Shown: positions 10,153 to 20,903, numbered from the stretch's first letter. The stretch is 64,000 bases of DNA from Bacteroidales bacterium (GCA_016928075.1 JAFGLJ010000038.1:51302-115301); one strand, 5' to 3'. Numbers and translations: made by a program. The notes: generated from the letters alone by a model not told the origin.

Positions 10153-11826
10153 TTACATAAAATATTTTCTTTCCAGCCTGAACCGGTCATAAATTACTTC
10201 ACACTCGCTGTCAATTCTCATTACAGGCCTGTCAATGGTGTTATATTCCGGCCAGTGTGGCTGACCTTCAGCCTCGGGAACACCTGTTTTTGCAAAAGAA
10301 GACCATAATTCAGCAAAGTTCTTTGAAGCCAATATTCTTTCTGGCCGTGCCCCTCCCATACTGTTTCCGGGGGTTCTTGAATTCCCCTTTTCATCAACAA
10401 GGTTATAAAATTTAAACTGGATATCCATTATATGTGGCGTACCCAGTGAATAATCGGTTCCAGGTATTTTCACCTCTGATTTATAACCAAAATTATATAA
10501 AAATACAGGTGCCCCTTTCTGGGCATATTTCTTCTCAGCAATCTCGATAGATCCCATTCCCATTCTGGTGAATGATGATATGGCAACAAAAATGTCAGAT
10601 GCTGAGGCTTCAGGTCTTGCTTCCCTGTAAGCTTTGACAATTTCATCGGTTCTTTCACCATATTGTACTGCCAGTTTTGACTTCAATCCCTGAAAGTCGA
10701 GGTTAAATGCTTCCTTTTCGCCGCTTACCATACCGAAGAACGTATATTCATCCTCATTCCAACCTGTTATTAGTGTTTTATCCCTCGATATTTCAGGTGC
10801 AGCGGGATAAAAAGGATGGCCCGGCAGTATCACACCATCAACTACAGGGCCAAACCGCCCCAAACCTGCTGCTCCGATACCCTTGGACATTTTTTCCGGA
10901 TTGCCGGCTGTTTCCTTCAAGGCTGTTTCAGGTAACCTGATCTGTATTGTAAGAAGATCATTCAACGGTACCTCCAGCAATTTTCTCCATTTACGTGGTG
11001 AGATATTCAACTCTTTAAGCACCATTCTTGTTGTACGGTTTGCCATATCCCGTTCGTTCATCATTATCCCCGGGCCACTTTCAATGGATGCTTTAGAAAA
11101 ATAAGGTGAGGCATCAGGCATGGCATACAGACATGATGTTTTTGCACCTCCGCCTGATTCACCAAAGATCATTACATTATCGGGGTCACCGCCAAAATGT
11201 TCTATATTATTGTGTACCCATTCCAGGGCAGTTATTATGTCCAGCATGCCCATATTACCGGATCCTTTATATTCTTCGCCGGCGATCTCATCCAGGTACA
11301 GGTAACCCATAAGACCGAGCCTGTGGTTACTCTGTACGACAACAACATCAAAGAAACGTGCCAGGTTGGCCCCATCCTGGGCTGCACTGCCTCCTGAACC
11401 GGTATTGAAGCCGCCACCGTGATTATAAAACATGACAGGCCTTTTCATAGTGTCGTTGCCGGGCGTCCATATATTCAATACCAGGCAATCTTCAGCAGGT
11501 TCAGGTTCATTTATCCCGTATGTCTGGTTTGGTGGTTGAATTGCAGGGGGTCCAAGTTGCAGGGCATTAAGTATGCCGGCCCAAGGCTTCAAAGATGCAG
11601 GCCAGCGAAAACGACGGTTACCCGAAACATATCCTGCATAAGGTATACCCCTGAAAATATTAACACCGGATTCCCTGATACCCCTTAGTTTTCCGTATTC
11701 CGTATCAGTAACTATATACTCACCTGTATCCCTGAAGGCCGGACTTGAAAAGTGTGGGAATAACAGTAATGATCCCGTACCAACGACCGATTTATAAATA
11801 AAATGCCTCCTCGATATTCTGTTCAT
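10153..11826 (-). CDS. Type-B carboxylesterase (pNB-esterase family) with Tat-like signal
   Basis: FRGIPYA, EDCL.LNIW, HGGGF, GESGG nucleophile; SRRHF Tat motif suggests start at 11826 rather than 11910. Confidence 0.92.
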   Translation of the reverse strand: MNRISRRHFIYKSVVGTGSLLLFPHFSSPAFRDTGEYIVTDTEYGKLRGIRESGVNIFRGIPYAGYVSGNRRFRWPASLKPWAGILNALQLGPPAIQPPNQTYGINEPEPAEDCLVLNIWTPGNDTMKRPVMFYNHGGGFNTGSGGSAAQDGANLARFFDVVVVQSNHRLGLMGYLYLDEIAGEEYKGSGNMGMLDIITALEWVHNNIEHFGGDPDNVMIFGESGGGAKTSCLYAMPDASPYFSKASIESGPGIMMNERDMANRTTRMVLKELNISPRKWRKLLEVPLNDLLTIQIRLPETALKETAGNPEKMSKGIGAAGLGRFGPVVDGVILPGHPFYPAAPEISRDKTLITGWNEDEYTFFGMVSGEKEAFNLDFQGLKSKLAVQYGERTDEIVKAYREARPEASASDIFVAISSFTRMGMGSIEIAEKKYAQKGAPVFLYNFGYKSEVKIPGTDYSLGTPHIMDIQFKFYNLVDEKGNSRTPGNSMGGARPERILASKNFAELWSSFAKTGVPEAEGQPHWPEYNTIDRPVMRIDSECEVIYDRFRLERKYFM

Positions 11827-12092
11827 GGATAAATTACATGATTTATTAGTCCGTTTCCCCTGGTTTAGCATAGAATGTATGCCCATTACTGTGCCTGAAC
11901 CATCTGTCATTCAAAAATATCAAACTTGCCTGTAAAAGACATATTAAGCATGAATTTCTTGAGTACAATCAGGTTAACCAGAGGGCTTTAATTCCCGTAT
12001 ACCTTCCAGTCCAAATACCAATAAATCAAATATTTATTTGGATTTTTTGCAGAAATGTCCGAAATTTCAGTTTAACTAACTCGGCCAGGCAT

Positions 12093-14132
12093 ATGGAACC
12101 GGCAAGATTTATCAGATTCTGGAAGGAGCTTAAGCGTAGAAAAGTTTTTATGGGGATTATAGCTTATGGTGCCTCTGCTTTGGTGATACTGGAAGCAACG
12201 GAGATTATCTGCAATGCATTCGGCATAGAGAGGGTTCCACCATGGGTTGTAATATTACTGGGGATTGGTTTCCTGGTTGCACTGGTTTTTTCATGGATAT
12301 ATGACATTACCCCCGGGGGAATAAAAAGAACTGAACCGCTAGAAGAACCTGAACTTCCATTGGTCAGTAAAAAGATAAAGACTTACAGGTTAACAACATT
12401 CGTTAGTGTAATACTTATTATAGGTCTTTTATCATTCAATATTATTGATAATGCAAAATCCCGAAAATTCGGAAGGCTGGAAAAAACAATGGCTGTCCTT
12501 CCCTTTACCGATCTGTTGCCCCCGGGTTATGAATCTCTTGTATTTAATTATATAGGGGAAGAGATAACGGCCTGTTTGAGCAAGATATATACATTCAAAG
12601 TGTTACCCTGGCGGGTGACATCAAATTACAAGAAAGGGAACAAGAGTTATAATAAAATAGGAAAAGAGCTGAAAGCAAATCTCCTAATAGACTGGAAAGC
12701 TGTTGAAATTGACGGTAATAAAAGGTTAACCATATTCATGTTTAATACCGAAGATGAGAAACTGCTATGGTCACATGATTATCCACTGGAGGAAAGCTGG
12801 ACAGAAATATCAATTATCAGTCCTGAAATATCAAGGAGCGTAGCCAGGCGACTGAAGACATTCTTATCACAGGAGGAAAGAGCCATGATAAATGAAATAC
12901 CGGGCTCCTCCAGGGCATCATTTATTGCATACAAAGGATCATTTATTGCGCAGAATGCACTTTATCTTTATGAACTGGGCAACAGGAAAACCGAATTATC
13001 AGTTTTTGATGAGGCAATAGATCTGTATACACAGGCCATTCAGATTGACCCTGATTTTGCCGCGGCCTACGCAAACAGGGCAAAAACAAGATCATGGGGT
13101 ATTTATACAGGATACTATGATAATAGCCACCTGGGAAAATGCAGGGATGATATTGAGAAAGCTACAAATCTCGATCCAGACCTCATTGAAGCTGATATCG
13201 CAATGGGTTTTTACTGTTATTATGGTTTAGAGGATTACAAAAATGCACTCGTATATTTCGAGCGTGCACTGGAAAAACAACCGGATAATGTTGACTGCCT
13301 TTTTTATCTCTCCCTGGTGTATAGAAGAATGGGCAACTGGGAAAAAGTAGCTTCAATTTCAGCCGAAGCCCTGAAAAGAAACCCGGCCAATGCTCTGTTT
13401 TATACCAATATTGGCCTTTCTTTTGATTACTTACATGATTTTGAGAAAGCAATAGAATGCCATAACCTTGCAATTGAAAGCCTCCCGGAATGGGCTGCCT
13501 CTTATCAAAATAAAGTTGAATCTGTCCTTATGTTGAGCGGCGATACGGAAAAGGCAAGGGCTATCCTGGAGCAGAACCATAATATGACCGGATATAATAT
13601 CCATTATACACTGGCAAGACTTAATATGTACGATGGTAATTGTGAATCAGCATTAAAGAATATCAATATCGCATATCCTGATGATTCTGCAACGGATGGA
13701 GATTCACTGCTCCTGAAGGCCCAAATTTATATGCATTGCGGCTCCCGGAATAAAGCCATGGAATATTATCAGCATGCAATAAACTACTTCACTAACGAGG
13801 TAAAGTACGGACCTGAAAATTCTGGAGCATTAAGTAAACTCGGGTTGGCATATGCTGGAATTGGAGATAAAACAAATGCTATTAAATATGGTATGAGTGC
13901 AACTGAACTGATGCCTGTTGATAAAGATGCGATAAATGGACCCAACAGGCTATATGATCTAGCCAGGATATACTGTATGGTGGGGGAGGAAGACCTGTGT
14001 ATAGAGTTGATTAAGAAGCTTGCCACAATAGGATCTTTATTCTCAATACACTTCGTATACCTTGATCCTGACTTTGAAAAAATAAGAAACAATCTAAATA
14101 TTATTCAATTAATGAAACAGGTCAGAAATTAA
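12093..14132 (+). CDS. Membrane-anchored TolB-like domain/TPR protein
   Basis: N-terminal WKELKRRKV plus 3 TM; MAVLPF TolB-like N domain; multiple TPRs; C-terminal DPDFEKIR. Confidence 0.85.
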   Translation: MEPARFIRFWKELKRRKVFMGIIAYGASALVILEATEIICNAFGIERVPPWVVILLGIGFLVALVFSWIYDITPGGIKRTEPLEEPELPLVSKKIKTYRLTTFVSVILIIGLLSFNIIDNAKSRKFGRLEKTMAVLPFTDLLPPGYESLVFNYIGEEITACLSKIYTFKVLPWRVTSNYKKGNKSYNKIGKELKANLLIDWKAVEIDGNKRLTIFMFNTEDEKLLWSHDYPLEESWTEISIISPEISRSVARRLKTFLSQEERAMINEIPGSSRASFIAYKGSFIAQNALYLYELGNRKTELSVFDEAIDLYTQAIQIDPDFAAAYANRAKTRSWGIYTGYYDNSHLGKCRDDIEKATNLDPDLIEADIAMGFYCYYGLEDYKNALVYFERALEKQPDNVDCLFYLSLVYRRMGNWEKVASISAEALKRNPANALFYTNIGLSFDYLHDFEKAIECHNLAIESLPEWAASYQNKVESVLMLSGDTEKARAILEQNHNMTGYNIHYTLARLNMYDGNCESALKNINIAYPDDSATDGDSLLLKAQIYMHCGSRNKAMEYYQHAINYFTNEVKYGPENSGALSKLGLAYAGIGDKTNAIKYGMSATELMPVDKDAINGPNRLYDLARIYCMVGEEDLCIELIKKLATIGSLFSIHFVYLDPDFEKIRNNLNIIQLMKQVRN

Positions 14133-14181
14133 TTATTGACTGACAAGAACCATAATAATAAACCACTTAAACCAACAGATT

Positions 14182-14412
14182 ATGCCACGCGGAAGAACAC
14201 AAGAATGGGTAATGGATCCATGCAAATTCGAACAATTGTTTGAAGAAATGGAAATTATTCCGGATGATTGCAAACACTTTAAAGGGTATCAAATTGCAGA
14301 GTTATACTTCAAGTACGACCAGAAATGCACAGAGCTAAAAATGAAACTTTATAGGGATATAGATAGAATAGTGTCAGAATCCTGTCCCGGATACGAGGAG
14401 AAAAGTACATAA
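14182..14412 (+). CDS. Small 76-aa protein, candidate radical SAM substrate/partner
   Basis: ORF with A-rich Bacteroidota-type leader between two co-directional genes; 4 Cys. Confidence 0.75.
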   Translation: MPRGRTQEWVMDPCKFEQLFEEMEIIPDDCKHFKGYQIAELYFKYDQKCTELKMKLYRDIDRIVSESCPGYEEKST

Positions 14413-14471
14413 GTGAGCTTGTGATCAATAGAGTCCTATATGGACCTCTGTACTGACTTTTTCTGATTATT

Positions 14472-16058
14472 ATGAACAGTAATAATGTAGTTTTTATTGC
14501 CTTCGAGGAGCGGGATAATCTCGGAGTCGCGTACCTGGCATCAGTATTGTCAGAGGCTGGTTATCATTCGGAAATAATTGATTTCCGGGAATCCCGGGAA
14601 TCCATCCTTAATGTAATAAAAGAATGTAAGCCTGTCCTGCTGGGTTTTTCTGTTATTTTCCAGTATCATATAAGTGATTTTATTGATCTGGCTAAATATC
14701 TGAGAGAAAATGGTATTGAATGTCATTTCACTGCGGGCGGTCATTTTGCGAGCCTCAGGCCTCAGGAACTGTTTGATATTATTCCTGAACTTGATTCACT
14801 TGTCAGGTTTGAAGGAGAATATACCTTACTTGAACTTGTGCAGGCTCTAAATTCCGGGAAGGAGTGGAAGAAAATTATAGGGCTTTCATACATGGAAAAT
14901 GGCAAATTGGTTCATAATGATCTGAGGCCTCTTGAACCTGACCTGGATAATTTTCCATGGCCGGTAAGAAATAAACCCGGGGAATATGCACTGGGTAAAA
15001 CTTATGCTACAATCCTGGCCGGCAGGGGTTGTGTTCACGATTGTATATTCTGCGATATCAGGGAGTTTTACGGGCCCCCACCCGGGCCATATAAAAGAAT
15101 CCGAAGCCCCGTAAAGGTGATAGAGGAAATAAAACACCTGTATCATGATGAAAAATGTTCGGTTTTTCTGTTCCAGGATGATGATTTTCCGTTGATATAT
15201 GGTAATGGCAATGACTGGGTGAGAAGATTCTGCAAAGAACTGTCCGAAAATGACCTCAAAGGCAAAATACTGTGGAAAATCAATTGCAGGCCTGATGAAG
15301 TTGATCAAGTGACCTTCAGCATGATGAAAGATCATGGCCTGTACCAGGTGTTCCTGGGTATTGAGGATGGAACGGATGAAGGGTTGAAGAATATGAATAA
15401 GAACCTCAGGGCTTCAGATACCCTTAGAGGCATCGGTATATTAAAAGACCTTGATATCGGCATAGACTATGGATTTATGCTTTTTCAGCCTGATTCTACC
15501 TTTGATTCAATACGAACGAATCTGATGTTCCTTGATACAATCTGTGCCAACGGATATATGTCAGTAACATTCCTGAAGATGATGCCCCATTTTGCTACAA
15601 AAGTGGAAGCCCGACTTGAAAAACAATGCCGGCTGAAGAAAAAAGACGGGATCCAGGATTATGATTTCCTCGAGAATACCATTGATGATTACTACGGGTT
15701 TGTGTTTGACGTCTTTTCAGACTGGTTGCAGGACCCCCGGGGTCTTCTGAATACATCGATGTGGGCAAGGAATTTTATTAACGTTTATAAATTTTTTAAC
15801 GGAGCCACCACCAGGATACATTTTCTTTCATACGAATTTAAACAGCTGAAGAAGGAAGCAAACCACTTTATTCTGGATACAATGTTTGAGCTTGCTGATA
15901 TCTTTGAATCAGGTAATTATAAGAAAGAAGCGGATGATAACCTTGATAAATACAGGTCAGATATAAAGGAAAAGCATGAGCATTTAACAGAAAGCTTTTC
16001 TCAAATTATTAGGCGGGTGATGATTCAGAATAACTTCAGGGAACTTTTCAGAGTGTGA
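14472..16058 (+). CDS. B12-binding domain radical SAM protein
   Basis: NLGVAYLAS, GGHFAS, EGEYT cobalamin-binding motifs; GRGCVHDCIFC (CxxxCxxC); QDDDF; LGIE. Confidence 0.93.
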   Translation: MNSNNVVFIAFEERDNLGVAYLASVLSEAGYHSEIIDFRESRESILNVIKECKPVLLGFSVIFQYHISDFIDLAKYLRENGIECHFTAGGHFASLRPQELFDIIPELDSLVRFEGEYTLLELVQALNSGKEWKKIIGLSYMENGKLVHNDLRPLEPDLDNFPWPVRNKPGEYALGKTYATILAGRGCVHDCIFCDIREFYGPPPGPYKRIRSPVKVIEEIKHLYHDEKCSVFLFQDDDFPLIYGNGNDWVRRFCKELSENDLKGKILWKINCRPDEVDQVTFSMMKDHGLYQVFLGIEDGTDEGLKNMNKNLRASDTLRGIGILKDLDIGIDYGFMLFQPDSTFDSIRTNLMFLDTICANGYMSVTFLKMMPHFATKVEARLEKQCRLKKKDGIQDYDFLENTIDDYYGFVFDVFSDWLQDPRGLLNTSMWARNFINVYKFFNGATTRIHFLSYEFKQLKKEANHFILDTMFELADIFESGNYKKEADDNLDKYRSDIKEKHEHLTESFSQIIRRVMIQNNFRELFRV

Positions 16059-16254
16059 TTTTTTGCACCCTCATCACATAATGTTGAAATCGTGTGGTTT
16101 ATCTTGTAATAATGATATTTATTTACTATATTTCATGTCAGGTAGAATTTATTTCCTAAACTTAGATTATCAACATTCATATTTTCCGGGTTCTTAAATA
16201 TTTCAAAGAAATTTAGTTGTCAGAAATAATATATTATTACTTAAACTATTAATA

Positions 16255-16809
16255 ATGAAACGATTAAGTTTGTTTTTCTTTTTGCTATTGATCGTCTGGA
16301 TAATAATAGCCTCTTACTTGTACGTATGTAAAATACGTGGACACTGTGATAATAAAAACCAGGAGGCCAGGACAGAAATAGCAGATACCTTAATGACAGA
16401 ACCGGGTATTTTGGAACAGGGACAAAGTATGAAGGAAGATTCTGTTGCAATGACACTTGATTACCTTCGTGAGGCAGGGACAAAAAAATACTATTTTGAA
16501 TTTGCCTCGGCTGAATTATCGGTTGAAAGCGAGGATAATAAGTATTTCTCAGCCCTCCGCTTTTATCTTGAAAATAATCCAGATGTTTCAGTGACCATAG
16601 TGGGCCATGCCTGCAACCGGGGTTCTTTTGCTGCTAACGACAGATTTGCCACTCTCCGCGCTGAAGCAGTGCGGGACTATTGTATTGAACTTGGCATCAA
16701 TAAAGATCAGATTAAAACAGTGTCGAAAAGTGATACCGAGCCGGCCGCTTCAAATGAGACAGAAGAAGGCCGTAAACTGAATCGCAGAGCAGAAATTATT
16801 ATTAACTAA
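16255..16809 (+). CDS. OmpA/MotB C-terminal-like peptidoglycan-binding protein
   Basis: YFEFASAEL, IVGHAC..G, RAEAV, GRKLNRRAEI; N-terminal TM. Confidence 0.9.
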   Translation: MKRLSLFFFLLLIVWIIIASYLYVCKIRGHCDNKNQEARTEIADTLMTEPGILEQGQSMKEDSVAMTLDYLREAGTKKYYFEFASAELSVESEDNKYFSALRFYLENNPDVSVTIVGHACNRGSFAANDRFATLRAEAVRDYCIELGINKDQIKTVSKSDTEPAASNETEEGRKLNRRAEIIIN

Positions 16810-16820
16810 AAATATAAACG

Positions 16821-17276
16821 ATGAATAATACACTCGCATCCGATTTGCTATTTATTATAATAGTACTATTGATTGCAGCAATTCTTGGCTTTCTGGTCGG
16901 TTATTTCATTCGTCGGCCTAAGGCAGCACCCATTGACGTTTCAAAAGAGCCCGGGGAAGGTGATTTATTGTCCTTCGATGCAAAAACGGCAAGGGCAATA
17001 TTGGGTAAGTATATTGCTGCAAATGATCTTAAAATAATTAAGGGTATAGGTCCGGTGATTGAAGCTATGCTTAAGAATAACAACATTAGTACATGGAAAG
17101 CGTTGTCAGAGAGTGAACCGGAACATATAAGTACACTTCTTATAAGCGAAGGAGGGGAAAGGTTCAGGATGCATGACCCTGAGACATGGCCACAGCAGGC
17201 AAAGCTGGCATTCAGTGGGAAGTGGGAAGAGTTGAAAGATACTCAGCATGAAATAGTCCACGGTCATGTAAGATAA
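16821..17276 (+). CDS. Membrane-anchored helix-hairpin-helix domain protein
   Basis: N-terminal TM; DLKIIKGIGP HhH motif; WPQQAKLA. Confidence 0.8.
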   Translation: MNNTLASDLLFIIIVLLIAAILGFLVGYFIRRPKAAPIDVSKEPGEGDLLSFDAKTARAILGKYIAANDLKIIKGIGPVIEAMLKNNNISTWKALSESEPEHISTLLISEGGERFRMHDPETWPQQAKLAFSGKWEELKDTQHEIVHGHVR

Positions 17277-17287
17277 TTCCGGTAATA

Positions 17288-18841
17288 ATGCCTGTAAGAA
17301 TTCGCAAAGACAGCAATGCTTCAGCACCCCAGAGAAGTATTCGCCGTTCCGGCTCGGGGACATACAGCGGTGGAGGGGGAGGGATGGTCAATGCTCTGCT
17401 CCCCTTGCTTTTAGGTTTATTCAGAAAGAATCCCAAGACATCAATTATTATTTTAGTTATTGCTATCGGGGGAATAATATTGCTCACAAGAACAAATAAC
17501 CAGGCTGGCACTGCATTGCAGAGTATGCTTTTCGGGACGGGGCTAGAGATGGATGAGGCCGTATACGACAAGGCTGAGGTGTTCGAACCATTGGCTGACA
17601 ATATTAAAAATCCTCTTCCCGAGGCTGTATCACTGATGGAATACTGCCCTGACAGGCTTAATCAGGGAACCCAGGGATCATGTGTGGGCTGGTCATCAGC
17701 CTATGCGGCACGTACAATGCTGCATGCAAGGGCCACAGGAGGCAATCCCAATGAAGTTACATTCAGCCCGTCATACGTGTATAACCAGATCGCACTGCCC
17801 AACTGCCAGGGAACTTATATGCAGAGAGCAATGGAACTGATGCACCAGCAGGGTGCATTGCCGTTCTCAAGGTTTGCATATGATGAGAATACATGTGCTC
17901 AAAAACCCACAAACACAGAAAGGGCAGCTGCTTCAGCATTTAAGACAAAAGGCTTCAACCGCCTTACGCTCAGCGGAGAAGATTACCGGCCTGACCTGCT
18001 GGCAATAAAACAGAACCTTGTCCAGGGAGCACCGGTAGTAATAGGCATGCTCATTGGAGGGAGCTTTATGTCTGATATGCAAGGGAAGGAATTGTGGAGA
18101 CCAACACGGTCCGACTATAATATGATGGGCTTTGGGGGACATGCCATGTGTGTCATCGGATATGACGACTATTACCATGGCGGGGCATTCCAGGTAATGA
18201 ACAGCTGGGGGGAAGAATGGGGCTCGGAGGGAATATTCTGGGTAAGATATAATGATTTTGACTATTTTACCAGGGAAGCATACGGCCTGTACCCTATGGG
18301 AGATGCAGATGCCGTGGTATCTGAAATACTGAATGTGGAGATAGGTCTTGTGGTGAATGCCACCGGTCAATATATCCCGCTTGATTATACCTCGGGAATT
18401 ACCTTCACCACTACTTCGACCGTCAGACCTGAAACCGATTTCAAGGTTGAAATAACCAACTCACTGGAGTGTTATGCCTATATATTCGGGGAAGAAACCG
18501 ATGGAAGCAGCTATGTCCTGTTCCCATATACACAGAAGCATTCTCCTTATTGCGGTATTACAGGAACGAGGATATTTCCCAAAGACTACTCCTTATACCC
18601 TGATGAACAGGGTAACAGGGACTATATAGCTGTTGTGGTGTCAGTGCAGAAGCTTGATTATAACCTGCTGAACGATGCTATAAGCAGGTCCGATGGTGCT
18701 AGCTACGATCAGAAAGTCTATAATGCACTGAAGGGTGAACTGGTGAAGGATATTGAATACAAAGGAGGCAGGACTATCAGTTTCTCGACAAATGTTGCTT
18801 ATAGGGGAACTATAGCTCTGGTTATAGAGATCAGGAAATAA
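17288..18841 (+). CDS. C1 (papain-like) cysteine peptidase with C-terminal beta domain (DUF4384-like)
   Basis: QG.QGSCVGW (Cys), GGHAMCVIGY (His), NSWG (Asn). Confidence 0.9.
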   Translation: MPVRIRKDSNASAPQRSIRRSGSGTYSGGGGGMVNALLPLLLGLFRKNPKTSIIILVIAIGGIILLTRTNNQAGTALQSMLFGTGLEMDEAVYDKAEVFEPLADNIKNPLPEAVSLMEYCPDRLNQGTQGSCVGWSSAYAARTMLHARATGGNPNEVTFSPSYVYNQIALPNCQGTYMQRAMELMHQQGALPFSRFAYDENTCAQKPTNTERAAASAFKTKGFNRLTLSGEDYRPDLLAIKQNLVQGAPVVIGMLIGGSFMSDMQGKELWRPTRSDYNMMGFGGHAMCVIGYDDYYHGGAFQVMNSWGEEWGSEGIFWVRYNDFDYFTREAYGLYPMGDADAVVSEILNVEIGLVVNATGQYIPLDYTSGITFTTTSTVRPETDFKVEITNSLECYAYIFGEETDGSSYVLFPYTQKHSPYCGITGTRIFPKDYSLYPDEQGNRDYIAVVVSVQKLDYNLLNDAISRSDGASYDQKVYNALKGELVKDIEYKGGRTISFSTNVAYRGTIALVIEIRK

Positions 18842-18908
18842 ATGTGATAACTGTAAAATGATAAATTTGTTATATTTACTCATTGACTAACTTTAAAACC
18901 TATTAATT

Positions 18909-19328
18909 ATGCTCAAGGAATTCAAAGCATTTATCAGCAAAGGCAATGTCATGGAGATGGCTGTCGGTCTGATAATGGCACTCTATTTTGGGGCTATTGT
19001 TAAATCCCTTGTCGATCACATTATCATGCCTCCCATAGGGTTGTTGCTTGGAAATGTTGATTTTTCAAATCTCAAAGTTGTACTGAAAGCAGCATCAATG
19101 AATGGTGATACTGTAGTACCCGAGGTGGCTATAAGTTATGGTCTGTTCATAAACACTATCATAACCTTCTTAATTGTAGCCCTTGCCATTTTCCTGGTTG
19201 TGAAAGGATACAATAAGATGAAGGAAAAAATAGAAAGGAAAGAGAAAGAAGAAGAAGCTGCTGCTCCTCCTGCTCCTTCAAAAGAAGAAGTATTATTAAC
19301 CGAAATCAGGGACCTTCTGAAGAAATAG
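18909..19328 (+). CDS. mscL: Large-conductance mechanosensitive channel
   Basis: [14 protein letters not shown]...[10 protein letters not shown]. Confidence 0.97.
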   Translation: MLKEFKAFISKGNVMEMAVGLIMALYFGAIVKSLVDHIIMPPIGLLLGNVDFSNLKVVLKAASMNGDTVVPEVAISYGLFINTIITFLIVALAIFLVVKGYNKMKEKIERKEKEEEAAAPPAPSKEEVLLTEIRDLLKK

Positions 19329-19415
19329 CATTGTGCATGGCGCATGCTGCATGATGCCCGGGACTGGATTTTAATCCGTGATTTTTGTAAATTTCAGATT
19401 ACAAATCCGGGGTTT

Positions 19416-20081
19416 ATGTATTTTTTATTTTTGTTTCTGTCCCTTGCGCTTGGATACCTGGCCGGCAGTATCAGTTTTGCGATACTGATTTCGAGGTGGG
19501 TAAGGGGCATAGATATCAGAACGGTAGGTAATAAGAATCCCGGTACAGCAAATGTGGGCCGGGAGGTTGGAATAGTGTGGGCCGCCCTGGTTCTGCTGGG
19601 TGACCTGGCCAAAGCCGTGGTGCCACTGGTACTGGCCAGGTTGTTCTTTTTCCCTGAAGATCATTACTCAGATTATTTTGCCCTGTTCCTGACAGGTATG
19701 TCTGTCATTACGGGACATTGCTGGCCAATATACTTCGGGTTCAGGGGAGGCAGGGGACTGGCAACCTCAATAGGCATCTACATGTTCTTCATACCCGTCG
19801 AATTTTTCGTAACACTGGTCATTGCCTTCCTTGTGGTGCAGGTATTTTTCAGGAAGAAAAAGTATTCGATCGGTATGCTTACCCCGATGGTTTTCGTCCC
19901 GCTCGCCCCTCTTATGTTGATCTTAAGCAATGCGTTCGTGGATATTCACCTGTTCAATATACTGAAACTGGGGGGACATCCATGGTATGTGCTTGTGGGT
20001 GTCATAATTATGTCAGGCTATATTTTTTGGGTGAACAGGAGGGTGGTCAGTGCGAGGATCACCAGGGATGAAACAATCTGA
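19416..20081 (+). CDS. plsY: Glycerol-3-phosphate acyltransferase PlsY
   Basis: YLAGSI, DIR..G.KNPGTANV, GH.WPIYFGFRGGRGLAT; start moved to in-frame ATG 19416. Confidence 0.9.
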   Translation: MYFLFLFLSLALGYLAGSISFAILISRWVRGIDIRTVGNKNPGTANVGREVGIVWAALVLLGDLAKAVVPLVLARLFFFPEDHYSDYFALFLTGMSVITGHCWPIYFGFRGGRGLATSIGIYMFFIPVEFFVTLVIAFLVVQVFFRKKKYSIGMLTPMVFVPLAPLMLILSNAFVDIHLFNILKLGGHPWYVLVGVIIMSGYIFWVNRRVVSARITRDETI

Positions 20082-20099
20082 TTATCTCAACATCAATAT

Positions 20100-20903
20100 A
20101 TGGAACAGGATATATATCTTATACTGGTTGCTGGCCTGGTCATCCTGCTGCCTCTGGCAGCCGCAAGAAATTTGCTGGTGCCTGCAATGATCTTTCTGGC
20201 TTTCATGCTCATCGCCCTTCCCCTGTATTTTGGGATAAATATCCGGACAGGCATTGTTTTCATTGTATTGCTTATATTACTGGTATTATCGGTCCGGGCA
20301 GCAAACAGGAAAGGGATCTTTACAATTGATGGACATGTGGAGTCAAAAAAGTGGAGGATCATTGCCCGCCCGTTAGCACTTCTGTTTATCCCGATTAATA
20401 TATACCTTGGCCACACCTTCCTTCTGTACCTGCTGGGGATATTGTCCATAATTTTTATACTGACCGACCTGTACCGCCTGTTCTCCCGGAAGGAGCTGTC
20501 CCTCTTCTTTAAAAAAACAGAATTCCAGAGGTTTTCATCCATGACATCCTTTTTAGTGGCCGTATTCATTGTATTCCTCCTATTCCGTGAGGAAGTAGCG
20601 AACCTGTGCCTGACCTTCATTATCTTCGGAGACATGGCCGCCAAGTTTATGGGATTGAAATACGGCAGGACCAGGATAATTCAAACAAGAACCCTTGAAG
20701 GCTCACTTGGGTTTCTTACTGGGTGCATCTTCGCTGGTTATATCCTGATGCTGATATTCGATTTCAGGTTTTCCTATCTTTTAATCGGAGCACTCTGTGC
20801 CACCCTGGCAGAACTGTTCTCCTTCAGCATGGATGATAATTTTACAGTAGGCATACTGACCGGCGGCTGCCTTGCCGCCCTGCAATATTTCCAGGTATTA
20901 TAG
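20100..20903 (+). CDS. CTP-dependent lipid kinase family (SEC59/DGK1/VTE5; CTP_transf_1-like) membrane protein
   Basis: FGDMAA...G.KYG, RTLEGS, AEL, DDNF motifs. Confidence 0.8.
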   Translation: MEQDIYLILVAGLVILLPLAAARNLLVPAMIFLAFMLIALPLYFGINIRTGIVFIVLLILLVLSVRAANRKGIFTIDGHVESKKWRIIARPLALLFIPINIYLGHTFLLYLLGILSIIFILTDLYRLFSRKELSLFFKKTEFQRFSSMTSFLVAVFIVFLLFREEVANLCLTFIIFGDMAAKFMGLKYGRTRIIQTRTLEGSLGFLTGCIFAGYILMLIFDFRFSYLLIGALCATLAELFSFSMDDNFTVGILTGGCLAALQYFQVL

